This document shows positions 61,454-64,000 of a stretch of DNA of 64,000 nucleotides, piece after piece. Made by a program: the position numbers and the translations under genes. The notes below the pieces were generated by a model, which saw only the letters and a program-made list of their open reading frames with translations, had not been told where the DNA came from and ran no database searches. The DNA lies in NCBI RefSeq assembly GCF_009914755.1, contig NC_060930.1. One strand, written 5' to 3'. The stretch's first letter is position 1; every line of letters begins with the position of its first letter. Source of the stretch: the human T2T-CHM13v2.0 reference genome, Homo sapiens.

Positions 61454-63029
61454 AATAAATAAATAAAACCTCTTCCTCAAATCATTCCAAAAAAAAAAAG
61501 AAAAGAAATAAAGTGTTAGATATACAGGTTATTAATTAATAATAATAATGTGTTCTTTTATTTTGTGAAACTTGGGATGCTGTTTATTTTTTAAATTGAC
61601 TGAGGTTCTTTTTCTCATTTCTAATAAATATACAATTTCTTCCCCTATCATTGTTCACATTTTTATAATCTTTTCCGTAAAGGGCAGGCCCCTGAATTAA
61701 AATGCTTCAGGCACCACCAAATTTGATTCAGTTGAGTCCAAGGGTGGATTTCTTTCTTGGCATGCAATTATGCCCAACCCAATACTGGTTCTTTGATAAA
61801 TAGAAAACTGGAGGATGAGGATTCATGTCTACTCTACTGCAAACTTTTTCCTTGTTAATATTTTTATAATACATTTTTCTCACTCTCTGTGTTGCTAGTG
61901 GTATGTCTATGTCACCTTCCCATATATTCGCTGCCTTGGTCAGAGATGACTTGAAAATGGGCAACATCAAGCTTGCCTATGAACATTTTACAAGTTATGA
62001 CTATAGGCCTGAGATCTCTCAATGTCTCATTTTAAAAATTGTTCCATGGGAATAATAGTTCCCATTCCACAGAGCTGTGTTGAATGTTAAAATTATGCAA
62101 ACAAAGGACTCAGAATGTTTCTGGCTTACAGGAAACTTTCAGTAAAATGTTACCTAACATTATACTTATGATCATCATTTTTGTTAAACAGATCTGTGAA
62201 GGCAGGTCTGGCCTATTATTCATTGCATGTTTACAGTGATGGCAAAATCTTCCTCATGGGGATAATTTGATAGAAGGCAACAAAAAGAGAAACAATAATA
62301 AAATAAGTGGGAGTTGTGTTTGATGAAGGAGGAATGTGATGAAAGATGAAAGAGTGATGTGTGGTACTAAAGTGGTCCATCCACTGGCTCTGAAGGCAAT
62401 GCCATCCCTTATCAAAAAGGGCACTAAATACATGTGAGACAATAACAACTCTGTTAAATATTTATCCTTCCAAGGTGACCACTTTGATAAAGTTCCACAA
62501 ATACATGGATGTCTAAGTTTTATTGTGTCAATAAGTAAATCAGACCTATAACTCATATAGTTCCACTTAAGCCTGCCCAGCTCTGTTGATTAGAAGGCAG
62601 GAGGGGTTAATAGACATTCTGCCAGGCACATCTTGTGCATAAAAGAACACAATAAAGACTGGCAGCCTGACAAACATTTCCAAAGAATAAATGCAAGTAA
62701 TTTTGAGTTCCTGGGAAGAAAACTATTTTATAAATCCAAGGCAACCTTATATCTAACTTCCTTCCTGATACTGTTAAAATTGAGATTGAAATACAAAAGA
62801 ACAAAGAGCCCAGTCCTGTACAGTATACAGAGAAAGTAATTTTAAATTATGTTTTGTTTAAAATTACGTGTCTGAATTCACAGCTAATGATAATAAGAAA
62901 AGTAAATTCTTTCCATATAGTCAGATAAAATACCCATACTGGCATTAATACAAAATAAACAAATTTCTTACTGCTAGTGATGATATGTATTATTTGTCTG
63001 AATTTTTTTCTGTAGTATGTAGTTATGTA

Positions 63030-63109
63030 TTAGGTTGGTGCAAAAGTCATTGCAGCTTTTGCCATTGAAAATAATGGCAAAAGCTGCAATGACTTTTGCA
63101 CCAACCTAA
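63030..63109. mobile_element. MADE1 MITE, perfect palindrome
   Basis: 37-bp arms are exact reverse complements around a 6-nt loop gaaaat; TA TSD on both sides. Confidence 0.95.
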
Positions 63110-64000
63110 TAGTTAAAAATGTATTTCAGTACGCCAAATTAACATATCTTTCTTATTCAGAAGTTACATATCTTTTAATAGTTACATCTTTTGCCACATA
63201 TTTTCTCCAGTACATTAGAAAATGACATTGCTTTTATATTTTTAATGATATAGATAAATGTACATATACAAAAAGCAAACAAAAAATAGTATTCCAGAAC
63301 TGAAGTAGATTTAGAACATTCTACTTATTGAGCATTTTCACATTCATTATTATGAAAATCAATTCAATTTTTAAAGACAGAGATAATTGTCCTTTGATAT
63401 ATGGAATAATTTAAAATTATAGTACACCATGTAAAATAATCTTCATAATTTCTTGCTGTATATACTTTGCATTTGACATTCATAATTGGGTCTCTAAAAC
63501 TTAACCAGGGAAACTATCTTACTTAAGGTAATTTTCTAAATTGGATAAATCTGCAATTCTCAAACTCTCTTATGAAGCACAAAGAGATCTCCAGGTGATT
63601 CTCACATACTACATTTTGAGAAACTTTTGTACTAAACTATGGCAACTCCAGATTTGAGCAGTTACCCATCATGATTTCTTCTTTTCACTCATATTTTATT
63701 TGACAGCAAAATATATCCACTTTTTATGGATAAATTAACATCCACATTATGTCATTTATCTTATTAGCATTGTTCAATGTCCCAGTGTTGGGAAAGAATT
63801 ACAAAGCAGACACTATCTTCTAATAAATAAATACAAATTAATTTTTAAAATATATTAAAACAGTTTTTTGCATAGAATGCGTTCCATGACACTAGGCAGT
63901 TTCTTGTGTTGGATTTGTTGTCTATAAACTGCTCTTTTTAAGACCACACCTATGAAAGAATCAAAATGATTTCGGTAAAAATGTTTGCATTTTGGCGTAA

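Overview
Human genomic DNA (a consensus-identical AluYb8 is human-specific). The window holds the 3' part of FAM83B on the + strand: the end of a long intron, two short coding exons (20347-20511, 21485-21609), and a large terminal exon (CDS 33681-35982, then about 3.1 kb of 3' UTR to a poly(A) signal pair at 39038-39054). The rest is AT-rich intronic or intergenic sequence with ordinary primate repeats: about 12 Alus, two solo THE1 LTRs, two MADE1 MITEs, MER8/MER5A/MER58, MIR, L2 and old L1 pieces. Downstream of the gene is a near-full-length L1PA2/PA3-type LINE-1 (55410-61502) with an open ORF1, an ORF2 carrying three nonsense codons, and a 17-bp TSD. I found no convincing new gene or multi-gene system. 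The most notable details are a 20-nt 3' transduction tag inside the L1 tail, a MADE1 hairpin whose non-consensus changes are mirrored on both arms, a pristine and probably polymorphic AluYb8, and two mutually exclusive hairpins in the FAM83B 3' UTR. Gene and repeat-family names come from recognising the sequence, not from database searches.
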